Assembly (NCBI RefSeq): GCF_000143415.4
Contig: NW_003314267.1
Location: forward strand, 1,686,100-1,750,099
Reading direction: 5' to 3'
DNA from: Selaginella moellendorffii
Taxonomy: Eukaryota; Plantae; Lycopodiophyta
Length of the DNA stretch: 64,000 nt
Shown: positions 24,228-37,981 of the stretch, in pieces
Layout of the letters: each line of letters starts with the position of its first letter
Position numbering within the stretch: the stretch's first letter is position 1
Translations under genes and position numbers: made by a program
The notes under the pieces: generated by a model
The model's database searches: none
Seen by the model: only the letters and a program-made list of their open reading frames with translations
Told to the model about the DNA's origin: nothing

Positions 24228-26156
24228 CTAGAGCACGACTTGGAGGCCCTTTGGATGATCCTCGAGAGCTTCGAGCTTGCCGCTGCCAGCGCCGCCATTC
24301 TTGCCACGAGGAGAGAGACCCAGAGGACAGAAAACGGGGCTGCGAGCGACGGTGCTTCCGGCCCAAAGGAACCTCTTGGAGTATGGATTGAGCAGACTCT
24401 CGCAAAAGGAGGTGGAGCTCTCGGCCACTAGTCCCTGTAGAAAGATTTAGAAACCAGTATGGGGAGAGAGAGAAAGAGAGAGAGAAAGCTCACGTACCTC
24501 TGCCATTGCCTTGATTTTCAAGGCTGTGTCGCTCGTCAGCAGCACCACTCTTCCGTCCACAACGCTTCTCTCGAAGAGCAGCGCACAGTCTAGGACGTGG
24601 TCGTCGTTCGTAGGAGAGAGTAAATCCACGGCATATGGGAGGAAGTTCTTGGCCACGGATGGAGAGACCGGAGGAGTCATGCCCATTGGTTTCATCTCGT
24701 TGCTTTTCTGCACGTGTATCCACCATGGCTTTTTCACCATGCACTCCTCTATCCAGCGCAATGACCTCCGGCACTGATATTTCTTGTCCTCGCTTCTTTT
24801 GAGGAAGTCAAGCTCCCGGATGACTGCCAAGAGGTGAAGATAAGAAAAAGGCGAAGGAAAGGAAACATGAAAGAACGCTCACTCACCTATCTTCGGTATG
24901 ATGACTCGTGTCTCTCGCAAACCTTCCAGTTTCTTGAGAGAATTGAAGCCATCTTCGTCCAGGAAACAGTTCGTATCCACAATGATATGCCATTTAACCT
25001 CGTCAGCCTTCTTCTCTGTTACCTGGAGAACGAGGCAGACATTAAACTTGCAGATATAGAGCTCGTGGAAAGAGGCCTTACCCGGTGCCGACGAGCGCAG
25101 TACTCTTTGAAACTGTCTTCATCGGAGCTCGTTGAGTAAGGCGCTGGCTGGAAAACGGGCTTGTAGTCGCGTTGAACACTCGGTGACGGAAGAAAAAAGA
25201 GCTCCCCGAATGGTTTCCTCGACACCACGGACTTGGATGCATCCACCTCAGGCTTTGCAACTAGAGCAGGAGTCATGTTTTCCTTGTCTGATACGTAACC
25301 GTCTTCAGGGGTTGCAGAAGCCTGTGTGTTTGTGACAAGGCTTGGCAGCTCGAGGTTGACACCACGCCTAAGCCAGAGAGTCGAAGGAGACTGTTCCGGC
25401 TTCTGGACTCCGAAGATCTTCTTTCCAGCCGGAGACATTCGCAGAGCTGTGAACTTCGCTGACAGAGGCGAAGCCGCTCCCTTGTTTCCACGTGCTGGAG
25501 ACTTTGGCCTGGCGGGTGGCGAGCCCGTTCTTCCATTGATGTCCGAAAAGGCAAGCCTTTCTGGCTGCTTCTTTGCTCCGCGATCCGCATTTTCCTGAAA
25601 AAAATACACAAGAGCTTCTTGCATGATGCAAATGAAAAACCAAAGCTGACCTGTTTACGTGAGTTACTGCTTTCCAGCCGCAAGATGCTCTGGAACTCCT
25701 CGTCCAGACCCTTGGCGACGCTGGAAGCTGTCGACTTTGCAGGAGTACACGAAGAGGAGGAAGAATCGGACTGTTCCTGAGCCACGGGAATCCACTTGAC
25801 CATATACGTTCGCGTCGATGCTCCGACCTCAAACTTCCCATCTTCCTCCATTATGACCGGGTCGAGAGGGATGAGAGGCTCCCCATTGAGTCGTGTCCCA
25901 TGAACTGTGAGATTTTCAATCGGCCTTGTATTCAGATTATAGAAAGCTTACCTGAGTGCATGTCCTTTAGGACGAGCTGCCGAGTTTCAGGAATGATCCG
26001 GATTTCCAGGTGATGCCGGCTGATGCTCGCATGCCCCGCGACCACGTCACAGTTTTGGTGCCGTCCAAGAACAAAGGAATCCTTGCCGTGGAGCAGCACG
26101 TTATCAACAACAGAGCCATCCTTGAGCACCACAAGCTGTGGCACGAAGTGCATCAT
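24228..26156 (-). CDS. PS1: FHA + PIN domain protein, PARALLEL SPINDLE 1-like
   Basis: N-terminal FHA (VLGRHQNCDVVAGHASISRHH). C-terminal PIN (WHIIVDTNCFL, VIRELDFLK, PTNDDHVLDCALLF, VVLLTSDTALKIKAMAEG). Conserved tail SLLNPYSKRFLWA. Multi-exon with GT-AG introns; start codon uncertain. Confidence 0.85.
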
Positions 26157-26261
26157 GATATACTGCAGAGAACAAGCTTTAGATTTCTAGCAAGACTCTC
26201 TAAAATTGAAGTAACAAAACTCACAGATGATGGAATCCACAGCTGCTGCCTTGAGACCGCT

Positions 26262-26962
26262 CCTGGAGGCGCTGGAACACGATCAATGACAATCTAAAAT
26301 GCAGCTCGCAGGACTTACAGAGGAGCCGCGAGCGCGATCGATCGATTCTCCTGGCGCCAGCGACAAGAGCGCTGGAACACGATCCTGCCAGGAAATCTGA
26401 TCAATGACAATCTAAAATGCAGCTCGCAGGACGCTTACAGAGGAAGAGCCGCGAGCTCAATCGATCGATACTCCTGGCCCCGGCGACAAAACCCTGGCTC
26501 AGAGCTTCTGGAGGCGTTGGAACACGATCCTGCCAAGAAATCTGATCAACGACAATCTAAGCTCCCAGGACGCTTACACAGCGAGCTCAATCGATGGCCC
26601 CGGCGACAAAACCCTGGCCAGGGCTTCTGGAGGCGCTGGAACACGATCCTGCCAAGAAATCTGATCAAAGACAATCCAAAATGCAGCTCGCAGGACGCTT
26701 ACAGAGGCGCCGCAAGGCGAACGGCCTGTTCTTGACTAGGACCCGCGAGCTCGACGATCGATCCTCCTGGCGCCGGCGACAAAACCCTGGCTCAGCGCTT
26801 CTGGAGGCGGGATCCTGCCAAGAAATCTGATCAATGACAATCCAAAGTGCAGCTCGCAGGACGCTTACAGTGGCGCCGCGAGGCGGATGGGCCGTTCTTG
26901 GCTAGGATTTGGAGGCGCCGCGAGCTCGATCGAGCGATCCTTCTGGCGCCGGCAAAACCCCA
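26262..26962. repeat. Degenerate tandem array (~5-6 units of ~110-190 bp) upstream of PS1
   Basis: Recurrent core ctggaggcgctggaacacgatcctgccaagaaatctgatcaatgacaatctaaaatgcagctcgcaggacgcttacaga. Confidence 0.9.
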
Positions 26963-28599
26963 AGGGCTTTTCAATCGAGAAGTGACCGTTTGCAAACGGT
27001 GGGTTCGATCCTCGTTCGATTCCAATAACGCACATTTAGGGCAATTTCCCGCCCTTCTTTTATGAGATGCGTGATCGCTGATACCATGGCGGCATGCAGT
27101 GTAGATCTTGGGGATGTCCATCTGGTGCAAACGCTTGGGATACCTGCTGTTGGTACCTCCGAGGAATTCATGTTCTTCCTTCATCGAAGCGAGGAGTTTG
27201 TCTCCAAAAACTGGATTTTCCGAGGTGACTCGCTTCCCTCTTTGCTTGATGCTGCGATCTAAGCTACGCCCTTTGTGTGAAGCGGCCGATTTCATGGAGC
27301 AGCCAGGCCTCTCGCAAGAAAAGTACGAGCTGCTGCGGGAATGCTGCATGGTCAAGCCCGTGTTTGCGACTGACCGTGGTCATCGCTTATCTCGCGTCAG
27401 CATTGCATTAGAAAGATCATCCGGCACAAGGATATAGTGAACGACATCATCGCCGGACGGATTGGTTTCCAGTGAGGCCTAAAGTTTTTCCTTTCGTCTC
27501 GCTTCACCTTTTCTTTGAATGCTTCGTTCACCAGCTTCGCTCGAGACCCCGAAGCTTAGGACCTTCTCATCCGTGCTGCCAGCGACGGAAGGTAGATCAT
27601 CTGCTTCGATGATAACAAGTGCCATGTTGCAGGTCACGGATTAATCCAAGCATATACTTGCGACTGCTCGTGTTCCTCACAAATATATAATGCACGGCAT
27701 GTACAAGTTTGCACTGCTTGATCACCACTTCTTATACATTGCATTGCAGATCCAAAGTCGGCAGCGCTAGTGCCTATAGTGAGGGCATTAAAATTCTCGA
27801 CTTGTTTTCAGGTATGTAGCCTTTTACTTTCTTCCATTCACCGCAAACCACGTTTTCACTCACACTTGATCGCAGGGCCTCAAAGAATGTAACGGCGTGG
27901 ACATGTCGTTGACAAGTTTGCTGTCCATCTTAATGCGTAGATTTTACGAACTTCGTGTTTGTAGAGCGCATCCTAGCACTTTGCCAATCCGCTCGCTATG
28001 GACAAGCAGCGGCTCGGGGCACTGGGTGACTGCCGCAGTTCTTTCGGCCTGGAGCGCAACGTTTGGACCGAACGCATGCTCTGGTCGATGGGCGACCTGC
28101 GGTGCACAGATTTCGTCATGAGTTACCTCAGCAAGAGCAATGAGATGGTGGACAGACGTCCCTCTAAATGGCCAGCCCTTTACGGAGCTGTTTCCAGGTC
28201 TGTTTTCTCGCGTCGACGTCGTGCTTGACATGGATCTTGTAGATGCAACATTCTACCAGAGTTTCAAGAACAGGAAAGGTTTGGAGAGAGATCGTTTGTT
28301 TTAGGTACTGACAAAGAAGCTCGTCAGTGAGGGTGTACGAGGACGAGGACTTACCTCCGGGCTCGGAGCAATGCAGAATGGTTTACGAGAAGGCTCCGAG
28401 GTCGCCCTGTTTTTGCACCCGATGACGATGACGGGGAGGAGCTAACACGGGAGTGGGCTGTTGAGACCATCTCTGTTGTGGGGCAAGCTTGTCTTTCTAG
28501 AACAGAAACTGAGCGACGTTGTAGGTAAGTCGTATGCCTTCAATACAAATAGCATTTGACTTAAAATGGAACCTCGATCATGGACGCGTAGAACGCGTT

Positions 28600-29460
28600 G
28601 ACGCTGGCGGCAGCGGTGAGTCTCAGCCCTTCGTGGATGATTTTCCCGGTCGCAATGGGTGAGATGCTCGTGCACGTGTGGAAGGCGCCAGCGAATGCGA
28701 CGTGATCGGTCTCAGATCCATCGTAGCACTGCATGCAGACTGGGCACATGCTGTCAAGCGAGAAGATCCCTGTCCAAGATGGCCCTGGTTGGAACTAAGT
28801 GGCCACACTTGCAGTACGTATTGACCAGCGCAGCCTCCACTGTGGATTCTCGCTCCACGCCCGCAATCACACACAAGGATGCCCTGATCGAGGTCGCCAA
28901 TTCCAGCGACCATGCTTGGGATATATTGCTTGTAATTGACTTTGGAGCTTTACCTTGAGATGTCACTGGATGGAGTTTTACCTGCTTTTGTGATTTTGCT
29001 ATAGCCACGGAGGGATTATCCGTGATGGATGTTACCACTTTGCGTCGATCAAGCACGTGAAAGAACATTACATGTGTATGCTCGATCTCTTGTCTCGCTC
29101 GGGGCAGCTCCAAGAGGTGGAAGAGTTCTTTCTAGGCAGCGACATTGAGGTGGTGAGATCTTCATTTCTGATGGATACGAAGAACACGGCCTCGTGCTGG
29201 ACAGCTTTGCTGAGTGCTTCCAAAGTTTAAACCCCAGAAGCAACATGGCTTGCAAATCTATCCAGTAGCACTGCATTGTGCCCAGCTCTCTTTCCTCGCT
29301 TGGAATCCTATATGCTACTCTCGGATATATATACTGTTAGAAATTGATTGATCAAAGTTTTTCTGAGTTCCCTGATCGCCTTGGAAGCCATCAAGTTTCT
29401 CCACCATGGACACGACAAATGCATCCTCGCTCTCAAAAAAGAGGCTGCTGTCCAATCTAA
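28600..29460 (+). pseudogene. Second scrambled PPR pseudogene (3' part only)
   Basis: Has the same micro-inversion junctions as 8415-9290. Confidence 0.85.
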
Positions 29461-32400
29461 CACAGTTCGGAAGCTCTTCTACGAGTGTATGAGTCACTGG
29501 CTCTATGCCATGGAGGCAGGTTCAGTTCCTAGGCAGTTAGTGTGTACCTAGGGTTGATCACATCAAGATGAGTAATCAGAGCCATGAATGGTACACTGTG
29601 CTTCCTGCAATCTCCGGCACCATATCAATCGCTGGTGATTGTTGCGTGTTTGCAGTCACATTGCGAGTAGCAGCAGTGGTGCCGTTGTGTACAAGGGTGG
29701 GCAGCACTGTTGAAGGTCATGTTTATGTGAGCTATTGTTGCAGGCACTGAGACAGAACCTGCTGCCGGATCAGCTGAACTTCCTGATTGGAAAATTCAAA
29801 ACAAGCGAGCCAGAGTTGTCCATAATCGGGATTGATCTTGGTGAGTAGTATATTCATTTTCTTGATTCTGCCAAGACTTCCAGTGAAGGCAAACATCATT
29901 GCTATCCTTTTCCAAAGTTTGCAGACCAGTTTACTTCTCAACTTTAGCACAAAAATCCTTAAAGTGCTGGAAAACTTTGCTCTTTGTGCTTCATGAGATA
30001 AACATCAACCTTGCACGAAAAGTGACAAAATAGTGCTCATCTGCATGCTTTGGAAAAGGATAGTGATGATGCTTGCCTTCACTAGAACTCTTGGCACAAT
30101 GAATAAGATGAATATATTGCTCACCAAGATCCCAATTGTGGATAAGGCTTGCTTGTTTTGAATTTTCCAATCTAGCAGCACTCGGTGCCTGTAACAATAA
30201 CATCACAATTGTCTCGCATAAACATGAAATTCACATGTGTGGAATTCTCCTTTGTAGACACAGATAAGACTCTTGCTCCACAATGGTGCCACTGTTGCTG
30301 CTCGCCATGACTGCGAACATGCAACAATCTCTAGTGATTGATAGCTGGAGATCGCAAGCATGGTGTACCATTCACAAGTCTGATACCATGAGACTTACTC
30401 TTCTGTCCCAGATGGAGAGGCATAAAGGCATGTGCTTGAAGACATATTTCCTCCAATCGCCATCATCCTGGGGTGGAATAGGTGGGGGAGGCAGATTTAT
30501 AAGTGGTGGTGGTGGGAGCGCTGGAACATCTGCTACTGCCCAGACATCAACCAGCCATGTTGTATAGCAGGGAGCTCAAAGTGATACTTCTGGATGCACT
30601 ATTATTGGACATTCCCATTCTGGTCGTCCACTTTTTCAGCTTGTGCACAGGCCGCTTAGGAAAATCAGCAGCTTCATCAACTGACTGTGGCTCAGAAATA
30701 GTTTCAGCATTAGCAAAATAAAACCGAGCAGAATTAGACCTGAATAATTATCAGGTCCACATGCTTCTTCTTGGAATGGACTCTGAGTCTATGGATTTTG
30801 GTTTCCAAGCCAGCAGATCGGAAAATTGTGAGTACGAAGTGGCTCTTTCAATGCTAACAGTCAATTTAAAGCCCACTTTGGTGAAGTCAAGCCCTACAAA
30901 CTGGTGCAGTCCGTGGCATGTCGGTAAGTGTCAGTGAAGGCAAGCCCTACAAACTATGTATGCTTTTGATCCTTGCTTTCAATCCTTATAATCTCACAAA
31001 ACACTCGTCACCACATTCATACGTAGCAGAATCTGGCAGGTGGTTGGCAAAACCTTCCACTACCAACACTCTTTGTTTTCATTATTGAGGGTTGTTCACT
31101 TCCAAGAGCTCTCATTCCCACACTTTAATCTTTCTAAGGAATTTCTAGCACGAATCAAAAGTTACAGATGTTCATTGACAAATTACAAAAATAGCACCTA
31201 AAATAACTTCATAGTCATTGAGCTCTGGAGAAATGCCAAAGTGTTGATCAATTCCAGAAGCAAAGGCATTAGCTAGTGATGCATTAGCCATAGAAGCCCT
31301 CACTTTGTCAAGCACAAGAACCTACTCTCTTGGTGGCCACCACTTCACAACTTGCCTCACCTTTTGCCTCCTCCAGGGACCCCACAACACTGCAGCCCAT
31401 AAATGATGGTAAGCATAAATTGGTAATTAAATGAAATTCTATAGACAATTTTGATTGTTGAAAGTGTGAATTCAATGCTAAATGCAAGATAGCTCCTTAA
31501 GGACATGTGATCATTTGTCTTTGAAATTATTTAAGTTATAAACAATTAAATAGAATGACTTGAAAGATGATCTATGGGATTTAAATATAGAGGGAAAAAG
31601 TTTATAAATAAGAGTGAGTTTGAATATAAAGGGAAAGGCTCATAAATAAGAATGCATTCTTTTTTTCAATCAATTAAAGTGTCTTGGGATACAAAGTTAA
31701 ATGTTTTTGGGCTTGAATAATACTAAGTTGGATAGACCTCTTGATAAGTCTAAAATGCAGAAATTTGCATGTGAAGATTGTAATACTTGGTTGTTCTCTT
31801 ATTGAGGAGCCCACTTCTGTGACCTCTAGCTCTATTAGCCTTGAAAGCCTCCTAGATATGCACAAAGCAATGGCCATTCATAAACATTACCTTGCCATTC
31901 ATGACTTCCAACCCTGTAAGGGCCTTGAAAACAGTATGTGAAATGAAGAGAGTCTGTAAGCAGCCATAGTCATGCAAACACCTATGAACATAAACGGGTA
32001 GATCTGCAGTGGAGGAAGTGAGCACCTCTCATTTGCAAGTGCACCCTAAACACGTGTTAAATTCCTGTCTTATGGGCTGTGTAGCAGACAATACAACCTA
32101 CAATTGCTGCTTTCAAGTCTTGCTTGGACTTGGTAGCTTGAGAAGAAGGCGAGGAGCTGAATGGGAAGGTCATCAAAGTTTCAAATCAGGTTTGTAAGCT
32201 ATAGCTTGAGGAATGTCTTGGTTAATAGTACATATTGCAAGTGTGGAACCATCTTGCAAAACTCCTATCAGGATAAGATATTACAGTGCTGTCTTGTGGA
32301 CTCCCTTGCTGATGGGATACTCAAGAGAACCACAAGGAAGAAGCTTGGCATCTGCAAACACAAATGGACATATGTCAAATATTTGAATTATCGCATGCAG

Positions 32401-34883
32401 CCAACTTTCCATTGTCCACAATACAAATTGGACCTAGGGCTTGCAATCAGACAGCCACAAGCTTCTGGCCTTTATCACTTTAGTATTATTGCAATCAGAC
32501 AGCTGCAAGCTTTCGGCCTTTTATCACTTTACTATTATGAATATAAAAATTTGTGATTTTATATAATTATGTTTGCTCTTGTTAAATTGATAACATGAAT
32601 ATATAAATAAGAATAAATATTTATTAATTATTATTTGGAAATATGAATATATTTATAAAAATACAATATTAGAAATTCTATTTTTACTTTTTTCTCTAAA
32701 TTATGTCTTACAGGGATAAATTTATATTAATAAAAGTTATAGATACACATACGTACAAGTGACTAAAAATAATTATTACTTATTTATTTATACCCAGAAA
32801 GAATATCTTTTATAAATATATATGATATAGACTGTAAATTCAAATCTTATATTCCATAGTATAAACTAATATTAGCTAGAAATTTTTTTAAAAAATATTA
32901 CTGTTTAATCAAATACTGTATACATTATCTTGATTTTTTGTTGGTAGTAGTGAATATGCCTAGAATATGCTTGTATATTCTAGGATATTCTACCATCTAC
33001 CTGTCATAATTTATAAAATTTCCTAAACACTTTCTAGTATGATTCTAGTACCATCTAATGATTGATATTCAATAAGATTAATGTTTTTTTATAAATTATA
33101 TACATATTTATAATTATATACTTCCATTTGATCAATTAAATTATTAAATAAGAATAACACTACTATTAAGAAACTCAAGCATTGTTGTATGCTATATGGA
33201 GCAAATAATTTTGGTAAGGAGTTAAATTGTAAAACAATAAGGCTACCTATAAAATATAATATATATACTCTTATTTTTAAAGTTGTTTAATTTGTTTTTA
33301 TTCACAATTAAAGCTTTAATCATGCCTACACACTCATAAAACTATAGCAAAGTCAGATTTAGTCAATTAAGTGGTAATATTCTTGATATACCATCGCTTG
33401 GTGTTGGCTTCATATGTTCCAATGATATCTAAATAGGCCATCTGTATAGAATATTTTCTTATTATATTTTTAAATACTATTAAAATAAATTTATAACATT
33501 AAATTTTGATAAAAAAATATTTAAAGAGTATATTGCTATATAAAACGAAACATTTTATTGCTGGGCTGCTCACTCTAGGTATTGCAAGCACAAATTGCTT
33601 GTTATAGCTACATATAAAGTATGTTTTTACTTGGATATATATAAACTTAAAATATTAATATTTCAAGAAAACTAATATATTACAACCCAGAAACAAAATG
33701 AAAAGCATAATTACTATAAATAATTACTAATAATTTATATATTAGAAAAGTATTACTTAATAATTTAGATATAAGGATAAAAGAATTAAATTTCAAATTT
33801 TATATAATAAACTATATTTGTAGTTAGGCAGAGACTTTTAGGCATCATTCATATGCAGCCAAGATATAAAAGTTCTAGAAGATATTGTTTTATTGCTTTA
33901 GATCTTGGAAATGCCTAAACCCTTCATATCTTACCTAATGCATAATTTAACAGTTAAAAGAGTTTAGCTTTGTGGTTGACAGGAACGGCGTCATTGCCAA
34001 CCAAACTTAGACAAGGGGAATGGGTGACTTGTTAGACAAGTTGCATGGTTTCAACATGCTATTAGTGGCAAAGTACCTCGAATTGGTGTGTGCCATACCT
34101 CAATTCAGCCATATGCATCCATAATACACTTAAATTGGACTTATACATTTTGTGCATTCTTTTTCAATAACAAGTTCTCCACTTTTGTATCCTGAGTCAA
34201 TTCCTTGACCCACCAGTTCTGAAGGAACCTTCTTGCTTTTATGGAAACTATCATTTATGTATTCCAAATCTTGAATAAATCTTCTATTCACATATCCAAA
34301 TGGGTGGAGTTCTATGCTACCTATTTCCCCCCTACAATGTACCTGTAACCATTTTGACTTTGGAGCAATAAGCCACTGACACCTACCTGCATTCAGCAAC
34401 TCCCTTACCTTGTGTGGTACAAATTCGTAGGTTTGTAATAAGGAGATTGCTAACTAAATTCGCTGCCTGCTTAACCTGGCCTCCTTGGTTGACTTACCCG
34501 TTGGGAATAGTTGACCGGGGTGTCTGTTTGACTCTTGACCTAGCACGAAGACTCTGCTTCTGCTTCTAACCCCACTCTGTACTTGTTCCAACAGTTTCAA
34601 GCCGAGCAACTCAAGACCCAAATGCGCCACAATGGGTACTCAAAACTAGGCCACAACTATGGCTCTCACTCCCCATACCCCATTCCCTGCTTTCATCATT
34701 GCTTCAACAAGTTTCATTCTTGAAGCATTTGGAGATGCCACGAGATGCTTATTGTATTGAGTTGATTAAAGAAAGGAAATATTATTTCTCCAGACAAAAA
34801 ACTACTAAAGGAAAGTGATCTACGAAGTGAATGCAAGGGAAAATAATATATATAAAATATGGGTACGCTAAAAGATCTCTCAC

Positions 34884-37634
34884 TCATACAAGGAGGACTT
34901 CACATCCTTCACATGGCTGATAAGACTTCCAGATCAATGGTCTACCCTCGTGACCTTCTACATTCACCCTCACCTGCTTTCCAACTAGAGTACCATCTAG
35001 ATGTGCCAACTTCAAGGTCACTTGGGTCTCCTCCATTAGAGCAGTGTACACGATCTCAGATTCAAACCCGGATGCAATTCCACCTGTGATTATTCAATGT
35101 TGATCAGAGATTATAAATGAAACACATTTTTTTATCTTACCCCCATGGAAGCCAAGCTTTATGTCCCAATTATCCATCGCTGCATATCCATTGTCTTCAA
35201 CAGCATCATCTTCCAGCGCAAAAAAAGGTTCATAATCGCCATAATGGATATCATTCTTCACAGAGGTGAAAAGCTCTTTGAGAGTCAGATAGTGCCAACC
35301 TGAATTCACTGAGAAGCCACTCTGCAATGCAATAGTCTTCACAATCAGCCTCAGTTGCTCCTCTTGCAGGCTGCCACCATCTTGGACATTAGCAAGAGCA
35401 ACAAGTTCCTTGAGTTCCTCGAGCATCACCTCCTTGTGCTGGTTTGCATGAATTCCATACTTCTTGCACAATGCCTGGATCTGGCGATACCTCAAATCAC
35501 CAGCTAAGACCAGTTGCTTGTCTTCATCAGACAGCATCTTCTGCTCGTTCGAACTTCAAAATTTAATAACCGGGGCACTTCTTCTATCACCCTCAGGTTT
35601 CACCAGCACCATATAAGCGTCCTGCATCGGTTAGGAGTTTACTGCCAAACATAATAAAGATATTGCACCTACCTGGTTTAAATCCGACCGCAGTCTGGAG
35701 AAGACAGCCTGATCCATGGGCTTCCTGGACTTCGCCAAGGACACTTGGATCATATGGTTCGGCGTTATACTGTCGACGATGGGGAAGTTCTGGAACTTGT
35801 GTCCTTCCTCCACTCAGGGTCCGCCGACACTGTCAAACCAGAAAAATACTTGATCCGACGAGTTTGCAACACCAGATCAGATCCATCTTCCACGGCTTTG
35901 AACGTCCCCCCCCTGTGCAAGCCATTCATGGGCATAACGTTTAAAAAGATTCCCAGCAGCGACTTTCAATGCCGGGTCACTCTCAGCAGCCAAGACGAAG
36001 GTCTCAAACCCCTTGAGCTTCCTGTAAGCGGCCACCTCAACAATGCTTTGTGAAACCCACTGGGAGATGGGCCTGATTGATTGAATAGACAAAAAATCCA
36101 CACTTGGCCATATTGTGAACACTGTATATGAATATTCTTCCTTGTCACCAGCACCTCTCAAGTCCTGCACCTGAAGCACCCCTTCCCCGACCATCCCTTG
36201 CACATTCTTTAATATCTCCTGATATCCGTTCTCCAGGGTGAAGAAGTACCACCTGGGTATAGGACCAAATAGTAGATTTCTCACACGAAACTCTGTTCGA
36301 GGATCTGAGAACCTGTTCTCCTCCAGATACGCGTACCGGTAGAAAAGATTTTCTAGTTCCTCAAAGGACCAAGGCGGCATGAAAAGCTGTTGGAAGCAGC
36401 TCGAGGTTATGTTCTTCCACGCATCCACCCAGTTGTCTCTATTGGGAGATGCAAAGATATACGTAATTCGCCCATAGTGACCAACAAAGCTCTGATCAGT
36501 CAGTAGGATCTCCCCTTGCAGCGACCTGTTAAACTCGTTAAGAATCTGGTATGTCCCGTCCGGATAGAAAGCATAATAATCCACAGTTTCCTGAATAACG
36601 AGCTCCACCTGGACGGTCTTCCCTTCCTTGAGTAGATTAACGAGCACGTAAACCAGAAAATGGGACTTGCCTATGCCGGGGTTGCCGGAGACGTGTACCA
36701 CGCTAACGTGCCCTTGGGTAACCTTGCTCATCTCTGTGTAAAATGGTTTCCACACCTGCTGAACATAATAGAAATCCTTATGGAAGACCTCTGGGCAGAA
36801 GTGGAACATGTCACCCGCTTCTAAAGACGTCGGAAGCTCGTAGTTATACCTGGTTGCGTCTGCAAAGAGAAAAAAACTGCTCAAAGCCGGAAAATAAGAT
36901 GTGAAAAAGAAAAAAACCAGCTAGATGCGCAGTAACAAAAGAAAAGAGCCATTACACACACAACGATCTCGTCATCATAAGTAAACGCAACACACAAAAG
37001 ACGCAGGGACGCCAACTACAGATGAACCAGATCGACATAGCCAGCCACGACTCGCAGCAAAAGAAAAACCGATAAGAAAAAATAAGGGGATAGAAACGCC
37101 ATAGCAAACATGACACAACGACATAGCTAGCCACGACACAACATCTCGTCAGCAAAACACAAAAGACGTAGGGGCGCCCAACTACAGATCCAAAGTGACC
37201 AACTACAACCGGGAAGACAAAAAAATCCAGCACTAACAAACAAATGCAATGCGAGGCCACGAACAAATGCCTCAGCACAATTCTGGGGCATGAGGAAGAA
37301 GGAAATTTGGGGCAAGCGGAAACAAATTGCTTACCAGATCCACCGGTTCCGTGGGGCACTGCAAGCGAATCAAATGTCTCAGATCCGCATAGCATGATAT
37401 GGGAAAAGGCTTACGATTAGATTTAAGTAGGAGGAGCTTCTCCTCCCGCAGCTGCTGCTTCTCCTCCCGCAGCTGGTGCTTCTTCTTCCACAGATACTGC
37501 CTCTCTACCGGATCTTGCTCGCTCGCCAGTTGTTTCTCCACTCCCTCGATTTCAGCTTCCACAGCCTTGATGGAACGCTCAAGCCCCTGGAAAGGAGAGT
37601 CGTCAATCTCCATAGCCACGGAAGACGATGCCAT
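34884..37634 (-). pseudogene. Crinkler/RHS-like copy 3, all five exons present but frameshifted
   Basis: The ORF breaks at the C-run ~35906-35913 (AQGG), and the YYWVP segment is deleted. Confidence 0.85.
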
Positions 37635-37981
37635 CTACTGAAAGAACTAGCCCTATTGGAGGGTAACATCCGACGGCTGCCTTTGCGCCGGGCCACGTGG
37701 CAAGTTTAAGGGTGGTGGTAAATATTTCCAGCCATTGTTGTGATTTGCTTTGGTGGTCTTCTTGATTCAAGTGCTAGGTGGTAAAAAAATAATAATCTAG
37801 TCTAGTTTCTATGGTTGTCTAGTCTGTTGGCTGTAGCTACGAGATGCATAGTGGGAATAGTGCATAGTCCAAGTAATGCTGTTTTTAATTTGTCCCCTGT
37901 GAAAGCAGACTGGGCGCTCCAGCTTGCATGCATCGCTTTCACCCGCCTATAGCAAACTCGACTTCCCGCCTTTGATTTTCC

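Larger units (their letters stand above)
27953..37682. repeat. Right arm of the large inverted segmental duplication (mate 151-9648)
   Basis: Reverse-complement colinearity with the left arm. Confidence 0.9.

Noticed and set aside
26262-26962. CRISPR-like repeat array
   Set aside because: The units are long and degenerate with no unique spacers, the context is eukaryotic, and there are no cas genes.
27062-27900. Possible gene or pseudogene with coding-like composition
   Set aside because: Short ORFs interrupted by stops, with no recognisable motif.
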